DNA of 63,293 nucleotides, counting the filler, from Bonamia ostreae (lineage: Eukaryota), in assembly GCA_040357525.1 (NCBI GenBank). It is 28 parts of 28 records of this genome, joined end to end, with 100 filler letters (N's around TTAATTAATTAA, not from the genome) between each part and the next. Parts side by side here need not be neighbours in the genome. Positions count along the whole stretch, not along the records: positions 34,112 to 36,270 come from JBDODL010001005.1; positions 36,371 to 38,527 come from JBDODL010001006.1; positions 38,628 to 40,783 come from JBDODL010001007.1; positions 40,884 to 43,039 come from JBDODL010001008.1; positions 43,140 to 45,293 come from JBDODL010001009.1; positions 45,394 to 47,545 come from JBDODL010001010.1; 22 more parts are not named here. One strand, 5' to 3'. The position numbers and the translations under genes were made by a program. Numbering within the stretch: position 1 is the stretch's first letter; each line of letters opens with the position of its first letter. Positions 36,002 through 46,350 of the stretch are shown here, one piece after another. Below the pieces are notes generated by a model that saw only the letters and a program-made list of their open reading frames with translations, was not told the DNA's origin and did no database searches.

Positions 36002-36499
36002 TATTTTCTTGGAAGAAAAATATTTATCTTTATTTTAAAATTAAACTTTTTTTTGAAAATTTTATTTCAATAAAGATTTTTAAAAAATAAATCAAAATAC
36101 AAATAACCAAACAAAATTATCAAAATATTAAAACAAAGCAAACAACTTACCATCCAAAAAAGTATAATTTCTAAAAATAAAAAAACAAAAATAAAAAAAA
36201 AAAACAAAACAAATGGAATTAAATCTAAAAACGTTAGCAAACCACTCAAAAAAAAATCAACACAATATCANNNNNNNNNNNNNNNNNNNNNNNNNNNNNN
36301 NNNNNNNNNNNNNNTTAATTAATTAANNNNNNNNNNNNNNNNNNNNNNNNNNNNNNNNNNNNNNNNNNNNTTGACTATTGTGATCATTTTTGGCAATAAT
36401 TTAATTTTGATAAAATTTTGACGATTTTTTATTAAATTTTGAACAAATTGTAATCATTTTTGGCAATAAATTTTAATCAATTTCTATTTTCGAAGAAAT

Positions 36500-38527
36500 G
36501 TCGAAGAAAATTTGTACGGAGAAGTGATAACGTGGGCACAATTTGTATCCTCGAATTTTGATAACCTGGAATCGCTAATTGACGTTATTAACGACTCTTT
36601 TGACGTTTTTATAAAATTAAATTTTTTCGAAAAAATTTAATTTTAACAAAAAAAGTTTGTATATTCAAAATATTTGCCAGAAGAACTATTTGAAAAACTG
36701 AAAATTAAGTTAAAAACAGAAACGGCCAAAATAACAGAAAAATTTTACCGAAATTTATCCAAACTACAAAGCGAAAATTTTTTATCAAATTTGGATCACA
36801 AAGCGAAAATTTTTGTTCCTAACTTTATGAACGATCGAAAATCGACAAATTTTGAAATTTTTGTTTTTTTCGAAAATGTCAGTATCAAAAATTTGATTTT
36901 TGCAGTCAAAAATAAAACAGCAATCGAAAATATTGTAAAATTGCACTGTTTTTCCAAATTGTTGAAATCTTTGAAACATCTAAATTTTATCAAATTCGAA
37001 AAATTGGCTGAATTGCCATTGTTTTCAATTCCAAATGTTTTGGACAAATTTTGTTTAACAAAACAAAAAAAATTGGCCGAAACAGCAAAATCTCGAATTA
37101 AACTGTTTTTCGATTTAATTTGGGTTTCGTTGTCCCAAAACAACTCAAATTCGCTAAAAAACGATTATTGGACCAATTGGCTAAATTTCCGCCTCAAAAA
37201 CATTTCTGAAAATGCCCAAATTTTAAATTTGGTCTTTTTGTCAAAAATTATTTCATTAAATTCGGAGAAAACTGCAACGAACAAAAATGAACATTTTGCC
37301 ATTTTTCGCAAAAAATTAGAAAAATCGCACAATAAAATGTTAAATAAAAGTCCGAACAATGTTAAAGCTTTGAAATCCGAAAAAGCTTTAACGACGAAAA
37401 CAAATTTGTTAAAATCGCTTTCGATTTTTACAAAAAAACAAAACGATTTCAAATTGCCGACATTTTACAAACACGTCCAAAAGCCATTTTTGCCAAATTT
37501 AAAGTTTAGCAAAATTGAATGCGAAAATTTTGTGAACGCAAATTTCCAAATTTCCAAAATTGACAAAGAGCGAAAAGACGTTTATTCGGACAGATCCGCA
37601 AAGCTAAAATTTTTTCGAGAATTGCAAAACTTTTCAAAATTTGGCGATTTTCGTTTTTTCAAAACAATTAATAACAAAAAATTAGCCGAATTAGAAAAAG
37701 TCAAAATTCCGGAAAATATGAAAATTTTGGCCAAATTTAAAAATTATGCAAATTCGATTTTCTTTAAAGCGACAAAAAAATTTTCCGATTTGGTCGAAAA
37801 TTTTAGTTCAAAAAATGTCGAAAAAACTAAAAAATATTGTCGATTTTGGGCTGATTTTTGTCTAAATTTTATGCAAAATTGCTTAAAAATAATTTATTGT
37901 TTAAATTCGATGGTACAAAATTTGGAAAATGACGATATTGAAAGATTTTTAAAAAATGCTTCCGAATTTTTATTTTTCCGAAATTTGCTCATTTTTGAAT
38001 TGCCGAACCGTTTTTTTATTTTGACAATATTTTAAAAATTAGAAAAAGAGAGAATTCTGGAAAAGAACGGCGACGAAATAATGCTCAAAAATTTTTACCG
38101 AATGAAAACAGTTTTTATCGAAACAACTCTAATTTACGCCATTGGAAAACAATCAAAATTTTCGGACTTTTACAATTTTAAAAGCAATATATCAGATAAA
38201 CATATAAAACAAAAATCCGATTTATTGCAACAAATTGTAACGAAAAACGGCAAAACTGAGTATTCGCCGATTTTAGAGAAATTGCTCAATTTTAGCAAAA
38301 ATTTAAATTGTATCGAAACAAGATTAAGCTCAAAAGAAAAAATCCGAAACAAATTGCAAAAAGAAATTTTAGTAAATTTGATTTTGTTTTATGGATTGTT
38401 GCCATTAAATGACAAAAACCCGTTTGAAAAATATGAAATCGGACTTTCAATATATCAAAGTTTGTTAAAAGAATTGGAAAAGGAAATTTATTTTAGATCA
38501 AATTTGCGTTATTTGGATTTATTGGAC
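36500..38527 (+). CDS. Large AT-rich hypothetical protein, internal fragment
   Basis: 453-aa and 164-aa ORFs in tandem on one strand in very AT-rich sequence, too long to be chance. No motif recognised. Confidence 0.6.
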
Positions 38528-38837
38528 NNNNNNNNNNNNNNNNNNNNNNNNNNNNNNNNNNNNNNNNNNNNTTAATTAATTAANNNNNNNNNNNNNNNNN
38601 NNNNNNNNNNNNNNNNNNNNNNNNNNNCTTACCTCTTTTCCCCGACAGTTTTCACACTTTTTTATAAAATCAGCTTTGCGAAGAAATATCCCAGACTGAA
38701 ACAGATCAAGAAAACTTTCACATTATGGAAAGTTTTTTTAATCTAAAAATGTTGTAATGTGCTCTCTAGATTTTAAATGTATATTGATACTTTGCGTAGT
38801 ATACCATTAATTGTTGTATTTTCTGGAATTTCATAAG

Positions 38838-40497
38838 CTTACTTCAAAGGTTTCTCCGTTGATCGTGTCTATCATTGCGTCCAAGCATTTCACTAAGGTT
38901 TGTGACGTACATATAACCAATGGACATTTTATCTGGTCCTGTATACAGTCTGATTTGAAATATGGGCTCTCTTCTGCTTTGGCACACGATTTCAAAAAAC
39001 TCATACATGGAATGCAATATGCATGGGAATAAGAACATGATCTGTTGCGAATCTGCACCTGTTAAATTCAATAAATAACAATATACATGACAAATGACAT
39101 ATTTTCTTCATACAAATATACATAATTGCAACCATGCATATAGTATCAACGCATGGGCAAGACAAAGAACTAAGTACCTCTCCTTCTTTAAGATGTTTGC
39201 TTAATTTTTTATCGGAATATTTTCTGTGATAGGAATCGTATATGAATTCCATATACACTGGGTGTAACATGGTTAATGTAAATGCATATTATTATACGAT
39301 TATCAACTTTTAATGAGGTTTACTCTTGCCTATAAGGACTGGTCAAGTATTTTTACCGTAGCCGTAGACCATCTACGATTTCAACACCAATCAAAACTGT
39401 CTGAAGAAATTTATTTAGGTCATATCGTATTGCTCTCAGTCTTTTCGCTGTTTTCTTGTAGAACTTCGAAAAACATTTTGACAACACAAAATTTAAAAAT
39501 GCTAAGTCAAATACTTCAAACGTTTGACTTTTTCCTTTCGCTTTCAGATAGCATCTGAAAACATTCACAGCTGAGATGGTGTTTTTCTTGTATTTACGGA
39601 ATCCTTGTCAAATAAAATTTATCTTCGACAGTGGCAAACCTGCCGTCCAGATCCACCATTTACTTGTTTCAGACGTCTCTAATTGTTTTAAGAATGTAAG
39701 CAAATCTTTTATGATCGGTCAAAATGGAATAACATAAATAAAGCTCCCACAGTTGAGGTGAAGTTGATCTTAGGAAAAGATCATCTTTATCAATGAAAGA
39801 ACATCAAAATTGTTAATAATTTATATATTTTTGACGCTTTCTATTTTTTACGCTTATCTATTGTAAATATTGCTACATGTATGTGTTATAGTTTTTTTGC
39901 ATCGACATTAATTTGTTGGGTGCATTGCCTTTCTAGTCCTACATGCAACTGATGTTTTGATATTTTGTCAAACAGAGCACAGCGTTATCAGGTACATGTA
40001 TTCATAAATGAATAATAATTCTGAATTCTGAAAGAATATACTATGTAGTAGATAATGCAGTCAATGGTTAATCTTGATTTCCTTACCGTTTTTGAACAAT
40101 AATCTTTGCATCTTCTGCAGGAGTATTTGCTGAATTCCAAAGTAACCGCTGTCTGTAACATATCATTTAATATATGTTTTAATATATCTTTGTTGCAGTG
40201 ATGCTTAATGACAGAAATGTTGTCATGTACAGAAACAGTGAAATAAATATCTTATTCACCCGTTCAGAAAAATATATAATCGGCAATTCATGTTCCATAG
40301 TTTCTTGTAAAAAATGACTTTACCATAAGCGGTGTCTTTCTAAACTCTCGTAAAAGGTTTTGGATTACTGATCCTGGAACTTCTGTTTTACAAAATCTGT
40401 TGAAACATTGCACATAATTCTGCTGTGAAGCTTTCTGTGCTTGCTGTGTACATGTCAGGCAATGAGAGTGTCTACATCTCTTGAATCTAAAGATAGC
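38838..40497 (-). CDS. Host-like multi-exon gene with Cys/His RING-like segments
   Basis: Exon-like blocks FKRCRHSHCLTC...VQCFNRFC (40325-40497) and CSYSHAYCIPC...IKCPLVIC (38838-39058) bounded by AG / GTAA-type sites; long introns. Confidence 0.45.
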
Positions 40498-41065
40498 CTA
40501 TGAAAAATACGAATACCTTATTACCCTCTGATGGCATTGTTAAACACCAATATTTCCTTTTTCATGCACGAATGTAAACTCGGTGAAGGTATATGTGGGG
40601 GTGGTGATCACTTATTTTGATAGCGATCATAGTCACAAATACAGATATAATATTTTTTTGATAAAAGTAGTTGATGAAAAGAATTTAAAACTGAAATATA
40701 TTATCTAAACTCGTGTAGTGAAGGATGAGGGTTTGCGATTTCAAAAATCTTAAATTGAAGGTTGGGAATAGGGAGTAAACTTTNNNNNNNNNNNNNNNNN
40801 NNNNNNNNNNNNNNNNNNNNNNNNNNNTTAATTAATTAANNNNNNNNNNNNNNNNNNNNNNNNNNNNNNNNNNNNNNNNNNNNTTGGTCTTAGCTTTCTT
40901 TAAATTATCAACTTGATGCAGTATAAAATCCTCATCTAGTTGCATAATATCACCCTCACAAGTATAATATTTACTTGCCTTACTAACCTCTATGATGAGG
41001 TTACAATTTTCATTAATAGTTCTAACGATCCTAGCCAGGATTTTAATTTTTAGATAGTTTATAAG

Positions 41066-41097
41066 ATAAAATAGGGTATCAAATGAAATGATACCCT
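41066..41097 (-). terminator. Intrinsic-terminator-like hairpin downstream of the sigma gene
   Basis: AGGGTATCA-7 nt-TGATACCCT (41073-41097) followed by ATTTTAT on the minus strand. Confidence 0.55.
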
Positions 41098-41101
41098 GTA
41101 G

Positions 41102-41146
41102 TGGTTAGAAGGCGAATCGAACGCCTGTTTTATTCCTTTTCTAACC
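41102..41146 (-). ncRNA. tRNA-like minihelix (acceptor stem plus T-arm; no D or anticodon arm)
   Basis: GGTTAGA-AAAGGAATAAAAC-AGGCG-TTCGATT-CGCCT-TCTAACC-A: perfect 7-bp and 5-bp stems and a canonical 7-nt T-loop, 8 nt after the sigma stop codon. Confidence 0.65.
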
Positions 41147-41154
41147 TTTTTAAT

Positions 41155-41745
41155 TTATGCAACAGAATAATATTCTCTTATCACTTGTTCATTAAGAATA
41201 TTTCTTAGTGATTCTCTCCCTTTGGCTAAATGACCTTTAACAGTCCATTTTGTTTTACCGTATATCTCTGCTATCTCATCATTAGAGTATTCTTGTAAAT
41301 ATTTAAGAGTGATAAGCTCTTTCCTGACAGAATCTAACTTCTCAATCGCTGAGATTGCCATATTTGATTTTTCCTTGACCATTATACTGTCTAGCGCACT
41401 CTCACTACTGTCAATGAACGTTTCTAGGTAAAAATCCTCATCATTATGGGTATCTGAGTAGTGATTCTCATGAGTTCGCTCACGTCTGTGGTAATCCATA
41501 GATGCATATTTTATATGATGCCACACAAAATTCATTACATTTGAATCCTCTTTCACATCATTAATATTTCTAAAGAAGTAACTCATCCCAATATTTACGG
41601 CTTCACTTACTGCATCACTATTGCGTAAATACTTTCTAGCAACGTAAAAAGCTAGGTTCTTATATTGTTCATACAATTTTGTAAACGCTACTTGTTTACC
41701 TTTTTTTGCATCTTCGATTAATAGATAAATTTCTGTTTGTTTCAT
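41155..41745 (-). CDS. ECF-type sigma-70 family RNA polymerase sigma factor (196 aa), probably phage-borne
   Basis: LIEDAKKGKQVAFTKLYEQY (region 2 start), SMDYHRR, and AIEKLDSVRKELITLKYLQEYSNDEIAEIYG...TVKGHLAKGRESLR (region 4 HTH). Intronless; A-rich leader with no Shine-Dalgarno. Confidence 0.9.
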   Translation of the reverse strand: MKQTEIYLLIEDAKKGKQVAFTKLYEQYKNLAFYVARKYLRNSDAVSEAVNIGMSYFFRNINDVKEDSNVMNFVWHHIKYASMDYHRRERTHENHYSDTHNDEDFYLETFIDSSESALDSIMVKEKSNMAISAIEKLDSVRKELITLKYLQEYSNDEIAEIYGKTKWTVKGHLAKGRESLRNILNEQVIREYYSVA

Positions 41746-41777
41746 GACTATTATTATTTGCTTAATGATGTAGTTGA

Positions 41778-41996
41778 TTAGTTATTCTTTCTGCTAAACG
41801 ATAAAAAGATAAACCCTGTTGATAAAATTCCTAGTAGTGTAGAATATCCATTACGTTGGCAGTTGCTTAATAATAATAATGGCTTATCATTGTTTATGCC
41901 TCTCATGTATGAGACAGTTAATGAATACTGACTAAATAAAAAAGCTACTAATGCTAATAATACTAATCCAATGATAAAATACTTTGGTCGATGCAT
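41778..41996 (-). CDS. Small two-TM hypothetical protein directly upstream of the sigma gene (72 aa)
   Basis: MHRPKYFIIGLVLLALVAFLF...TLLGILSTGFIFLSFSRKNN; same strand, 32 nt before the sigma ATG. Confidence 0.55.
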   Translation of the reverse strand: MHRPKYFIIGLVLLALVAFLFSQYSLTVSYMRGINNDKPLLLLSNCQRNGYSTLLGILSTGFIFLSFSRKNN

Positions 41997-42399
41997 GATT
42001 ATATTTTTAAAATAATTGATAATTAGCAAGGGATGTGTTATGAGTACATCCCCTGCATTAATTGTGAATGTTAATAACGTGTAAACACGAGTAAAATGTT
42101 GTGTAACTTGATACAATGTTATAATGATGTGTAACTGCGAAATGACTAAACGTAACTAGTACGTCATTGCCTCGGCTATACCTCTGTACTACCCTTTCGA
42201 CTCTGCAAATATGAAGGTAAAATTTAAATGGTGCAAGAAAATGAACGAAAAAGAATAAATAAAAATACAAATAAACATGCAATGCACTGCAAAATAGACA
42301 CTTGACCACAATAAAAAAAAAGCAAATAATATCGTACTGTATAGAATAGATACAGAATACTAGCAAGTACGCGTATGCTTCACGTTATTGCGTCTCTCT

Positions 42400-43039
42400 C
42401 ATAAAGAACTAATGTATAGATGTAGTACATACAATACTATTAAAAGTATAAGTAAGAAGTAATAAGATTATAATATAGTAGTATAGAGTAATACTAATGA
42501 ATAATAATAGTATTAATACATTAATAGATTAAGGTAATCATATACGACTGAATATAATCTAATGAGTAGTAAGTAATAGATAGTAATAATAGTATAAAGT
42601 AATCAATAGATTATAATAGATAATAGTATATAGTAGTAATAGTAAATAGTTAGTAGTAGTAAGTAACTAGTAATAGATCATTGATTATATATATATATGT
42701 AAATTAAACACGCTTGCGTGTATGTAAGTAGAAGTAATAATGAATAGTGAATGAATAGTATATTAATAGTAATAATATAGGTAAGTGATTAGTTATCAAG
42801 CAAAAGAAGTGTAATAATGATTTAATAGTAATGTACCAACTAGTATGAGTTAGTGCCTTAGAATGGCTTATAATAGGTCACTATGTAGTGAGTAGGTGAT
42901 TATAGTAGTAATATGGAGTAACTACTCAGTAATATATGGAGTATTGTGGTTTAGGGTGATTATGGTGTTATTGTAGTAGTTTATACCTTATAATTGTGTA
43001 TAGGCAATTGATACATAGTATTACATAGTAATAAGCAAT
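42400..43039. repeat. AT-rich, C-depleted low-complexity non-coding tract (TAGTA/TAATAG-like motifs)
   Basis: Dense AGTAATAG/TAGTAG variants, strong G-over-C skew on the + strand, no ORF. Confidence 0.7.
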
Positions 43040-43203
43040 NNNNNNNNNNNNNNNNNNNNNNNNNNNNNNNNNNNNNNNNNNNNTTAATTAATTAANNNNN
43101 NNNNNNNNNNNNNNNNNNNNNNNNNNNNNNNNNNNNNNNTTTTTTTAATATTAATAATTATTGTTGCAAAAAATTTGTCTTTTTAACAAATAATCGCAAA
43201 AAC

Positions 43204-43608
43204 TTGAGAGCTTTCCATTTTTTCTTCTTCTTTCGTTTTCTTTTCTTTCTGATATCTTGTTTTTCTCCGATCGTCGAATTTGTTAGTTTTTCGAGGTCTT
43301 TGATGTCATCGTCAAATGTTTCGATAAACGGTTTTAACTCTTCGATTTTTCTTAGCTGAACCCATTCACTCATTCCGGTTTTCCAACAAAGGGTTAAGCT
43401 TTAATTATTATATTGTTTCGGATTTTCCTCATTCAAAAATTCGAAAAATCGCAAAATAACAATTTTTCAAAAAAAACTTCTGAACAATCCCTTCTTTGTA
43501 GAATTCCCCCATTTTCTCCGGCGTCACCGGACCTTTCTGATTCCGATACTCGTCATTGTAAAACCACTCTCCATTTTCTCCTTTTTCTTTTTTCTCGCTT
43601 TCCGCCAT
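43204..43608 (-). CDS. GYF_2-domain protein, 5' exons, possibly HTATSF1/Cus2-like splicing factor
   Basis: Spliced MAESEKKEKGENGEWFYNDEYRNQKGPVTPEKMGEFYKEGIVQN|LTLCWKTGMSEWVQLRKIEEL fits the GYF_2 pattern, followed by KRKRKKKKKWK. RRMs not in the contig. Confidence 0.7.
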
Positions 43609-43794
43609 TTTTATCGAAAAGAGCTCAAATTATAACAAAATCCGATAACCAAATTTAATCGAAAAGAAACCAAATATATCAAAATCCGATAACCAAAATT
43701 TTATCGAAAAATTTTAACAGATTTACTAATTTCATCTGCACATTTTTAAGCTCTTAACAAAATAAAAAGCTCGTAGATTTTCAGACTGCATTTA

Positions 43795-44946
43795 ATGATC
43801 AACACGCGAGATTTCTTGGAAACGGAAGAAGACGGTGTCCTCGCCCAAAAGAACTTGGGCTTCATCGACCCGGAAGATTACCAATCCGTCTGCGCCATCA
43901 TCAAACGCGCGAGAAGATGGACGGATCTTCTCAAAATCAGCTCCGAAGACGTCGGAAGAGCGAAAGAAGCCCTCGACTCCTACGAAGTCCCCCCGAAACC
44001 CGCTCGGATTCTGCTGGCGGACGCGGAAAGAACGTTCGCTTGCAAGCGGCGCCGAGAAAAACTGGTCGAAGTCACCGCGTTCCTCTTCGCCCGCTTCGAA
44101 GAGTACCAACAGAACGTCACTTTCATCTGCAGCTTTCTGCTCTTGTTTCTGCGCCCTCGGTTCGCGGCCGCCGTGATGATCAAACTCTACGAAGACGAGC
44201 TGCTGTTGCCGGGGCACTTCAAGGCGGCGAGCGAAGGCGCGAAGGTGGACATGTTGCTGTTCATGCAGCTGGCGAGAAGAGAGGGGAGGTGCAACGCGGC
44301 CGTGGCCAAATTGGACAGAGAGGGCGTTCCGCCCGATTTTCTGAAGAAGTGGTTCTCCGGTCTCTGCGTCCACGTCCTCCCTCTCGCGGCGCTCTTCGAG
44401 TATTTCGAGTTCTTCGCGGAAGAAGGCTTTTTGGCTTGTCTCAAGTTTGGCCTGGCCGCCTTCATAAAACTGGAGGAGGAGATCGTCGCCTCGAAGGATA
44501 TACAGGACACGATGGCTGTGCTGCATTTCGACAGAAAGCGGTTGGGCGCCGAAAAAATGAAGCGAGTTTCGATGGAAATCCTGGAAATGGCGCGGGACGA
44601 ACGCTTTGAAGTAACCGAGAACATCGACCTGAAAGATCTGCGCTCACGGGTCTTCAAGACTGAAATCGAAGAAAAGGTGCTTAAAGCGGACAAATACGCA
44701 GAAGAAAATCGTTTTTATTCTTATTTTAAAGCCGTCGACGAAATTCCGGTCTGCGAACTTTGTGGCGACGGTTTTCAGGATTTGCGCTGTTCGGATTGCA
44801 ATTTGATAATTTGCGAGGATTGCCACGAATGTCCTCCCGAAAAAGGGGGGCACAAGACGGAACATGAAGTTTTTGATTTTGAGGAGGAGGAGAATTGTGA
44901 TGAAATTAGTGAGGACTTTGAAAAACTGGGCATTGGCGATAAATGA
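43795..44946 (+). CDS. TBC-domain Rab GTPase-activating protein with a C-terminal B-box-like zinc finger (383 aa, intronless)
   Basis: LLADAERTF (Arg finger), YQQNVTFICSFLL (Gln finger), KWFSGL..HVLP; C-terminal CELC...CSDCNLIICEDCHE...H..H. Confidence 0.88.
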   Translation: MINTRDFLETEEDGVLAQKNLGFIDPEDYQSVCAIIKRARRWTDLLKISSEDVGRAKEALDSYEVPPKPARILLADAERTFACKRRREKLVEVTAFLFARFEEYQQNVTFICSFLLLFLRPRFAAAVMIKLYEDELLLPGHFKAASEGAKVDMLLFMQLARREGRCNAAVAKLDREGVPPDFLKKWFSGLCVHVLPLAALFEYFEFFAEEGFLACLKFGLAAFIKLEEEIVASKDIQDTMAVLHFDRKRLGAEKMKRVSMEILEMARDERFEVTENIDLKDLRSRVFKTEIEEKVLKADKYAEENRFYSYFKAVDEIPVCELCGDGFQDLRCSDCNLIICEDCHECPPEKGGHKTEHEVFDFEEEENCDEISEDFEKLGIGDK

Positions 44947-45599
44947 GTTTGTGTAAATTGGTCTTGTACAATAAAAAATGTGCCACTTCTAAAATATAAA
45001 CTGGTCTTCGTGAAGCGAAAAATTGCTTTTGTAAAAATGAAAGTAGTTAAAACTTTATCCTTTTTGGGATGGTGCAACGATGCACCAATCCGGAAATCGG
45101 GTACATTCCTGCTAACCAAAAAGTGAAAGATTGCAAATTGTTAATTATTTTAGGAATTTTGTAAATTCTAATGACCTTTTATTATTGATCGAGGAGTATT
45201 GAAAAATATAAAATGTTTCGTTTAAAGAGGTCAACAAATATAAATGATGTTGTGTTTTAATATGCCACAAACACATGAGCACTTTGTGAATCTNNNNNNN
45301 NNNNNNNNNNNNNNNNNNNNNNNNNNNNNNNNNNNNNTTAATTAATTAANNNNNNNNNNNNNNNNNNNNNNNNNNNNNNNNNNNNNNNNNNNNAAAGATC
45401 CGTGGTTGGACAGAGTCCCTGAGACTCGCTGTTAATAGGAGGCAGGTGGCCAAGAGGGTTGAAGATGATAGTACGTTATTTTCACCCCTTCGTAATTGAT
45501 AGATTGATTTTTAATATGACGGTGTTAACCAAGCCATTGTCACTTACAGCAAACAGGATCGAATCGAAAAATGTTCGGGAATTTCAGAATTCCAGCGTG

Positions 45600-46350
45600 C
45601 CGTCAGAGGGCCGTCGAACTTTTCATCTATTAAGAGACCAACTCCAAATTGGAAATCATGGAAGGGGATTTTACAAACATTAGGAACTTTCTGATCATCA
45701 GTATTGTGCTCAACAACGGTCAGAGGTATGGGGCATTTGTCAACTTGCGCATGCAACATATAAACGACGCTGATCCGCAACGAATTTCGAATTTGCTTGT
45801 TTTAAGTCTACTCTGACACCAAACAAATATCAAGGTCCTTGCAATATCGTCATGGAAGGANNNNNNNNNNAGACTGGTCAAGTGGCTCCGGTCACACTTG
45901 TCCTGAATGGAATGCTGTGGAGGCAGTTGCAGACCTTCCTTCAAATCCGGGCCAAATTGCCCGGTTTTACATCTGACTTGGAGGAAGACGATGCAGTCAT
46001 TTTACTCATATTTATATTTAGGACAATTAAACCTGTCAATTCACTCTTCCACTATTGATAACGCTCTAAAGAGCATCTGGGAAGCCGCTCTATTGAAGAA
46101 GCTGATTCCCGGGACCCAGCTCCGAAAGGGGATCGCCACTTCGGTACATCTTATAACACATAAAAAGATATATAGGAAGTAATTTTTAGAAAATGAGTAA
46201 ATAAATAGATGGTTAATAAATAAATAAAAAGTATGTTTTCCTTTATTTTACAGGTCATACAGAAGTTCCCTGGGACGAGGGATATGCTTTCCCAGCAGAT
46301 TAGTCATTATGCATCCACGCAAGATGCATACTCCTCCTGAGCCAGTAGAA
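45600..46350 (+). mobile_element. Degenerate, intron-containing tyrosine recombinase of a metazoan YR/Crypton-like element (host-like)
   Basis: NIRNFLIISIVLNNGQRYGAFVNL (catalytic Arg), TGQVAPVTLVL, GTQLRKGIATSV (HxxR box equivalent) and LSQQISHYASTQDAY (His...Tyr), in order. Interrupted by stops, frame changes and an N gap. Confidence 0.62.

Noticed and set aside
43792-44693. Multiple long overlapping ORFs around the TBC gene (also around ATR 12416-13455 and uS4m 31869-32767)
   Set aside because: Expected in locally GC-rich coding DNA; only one frame carries recognisable motifs.
40884-44946. Sigma factor as a horizontally acquired gene next to eukaryotic genes
   Set aside because: It sits on its own contig bounded by artificial linkers; adjacency reflects length sorting only.
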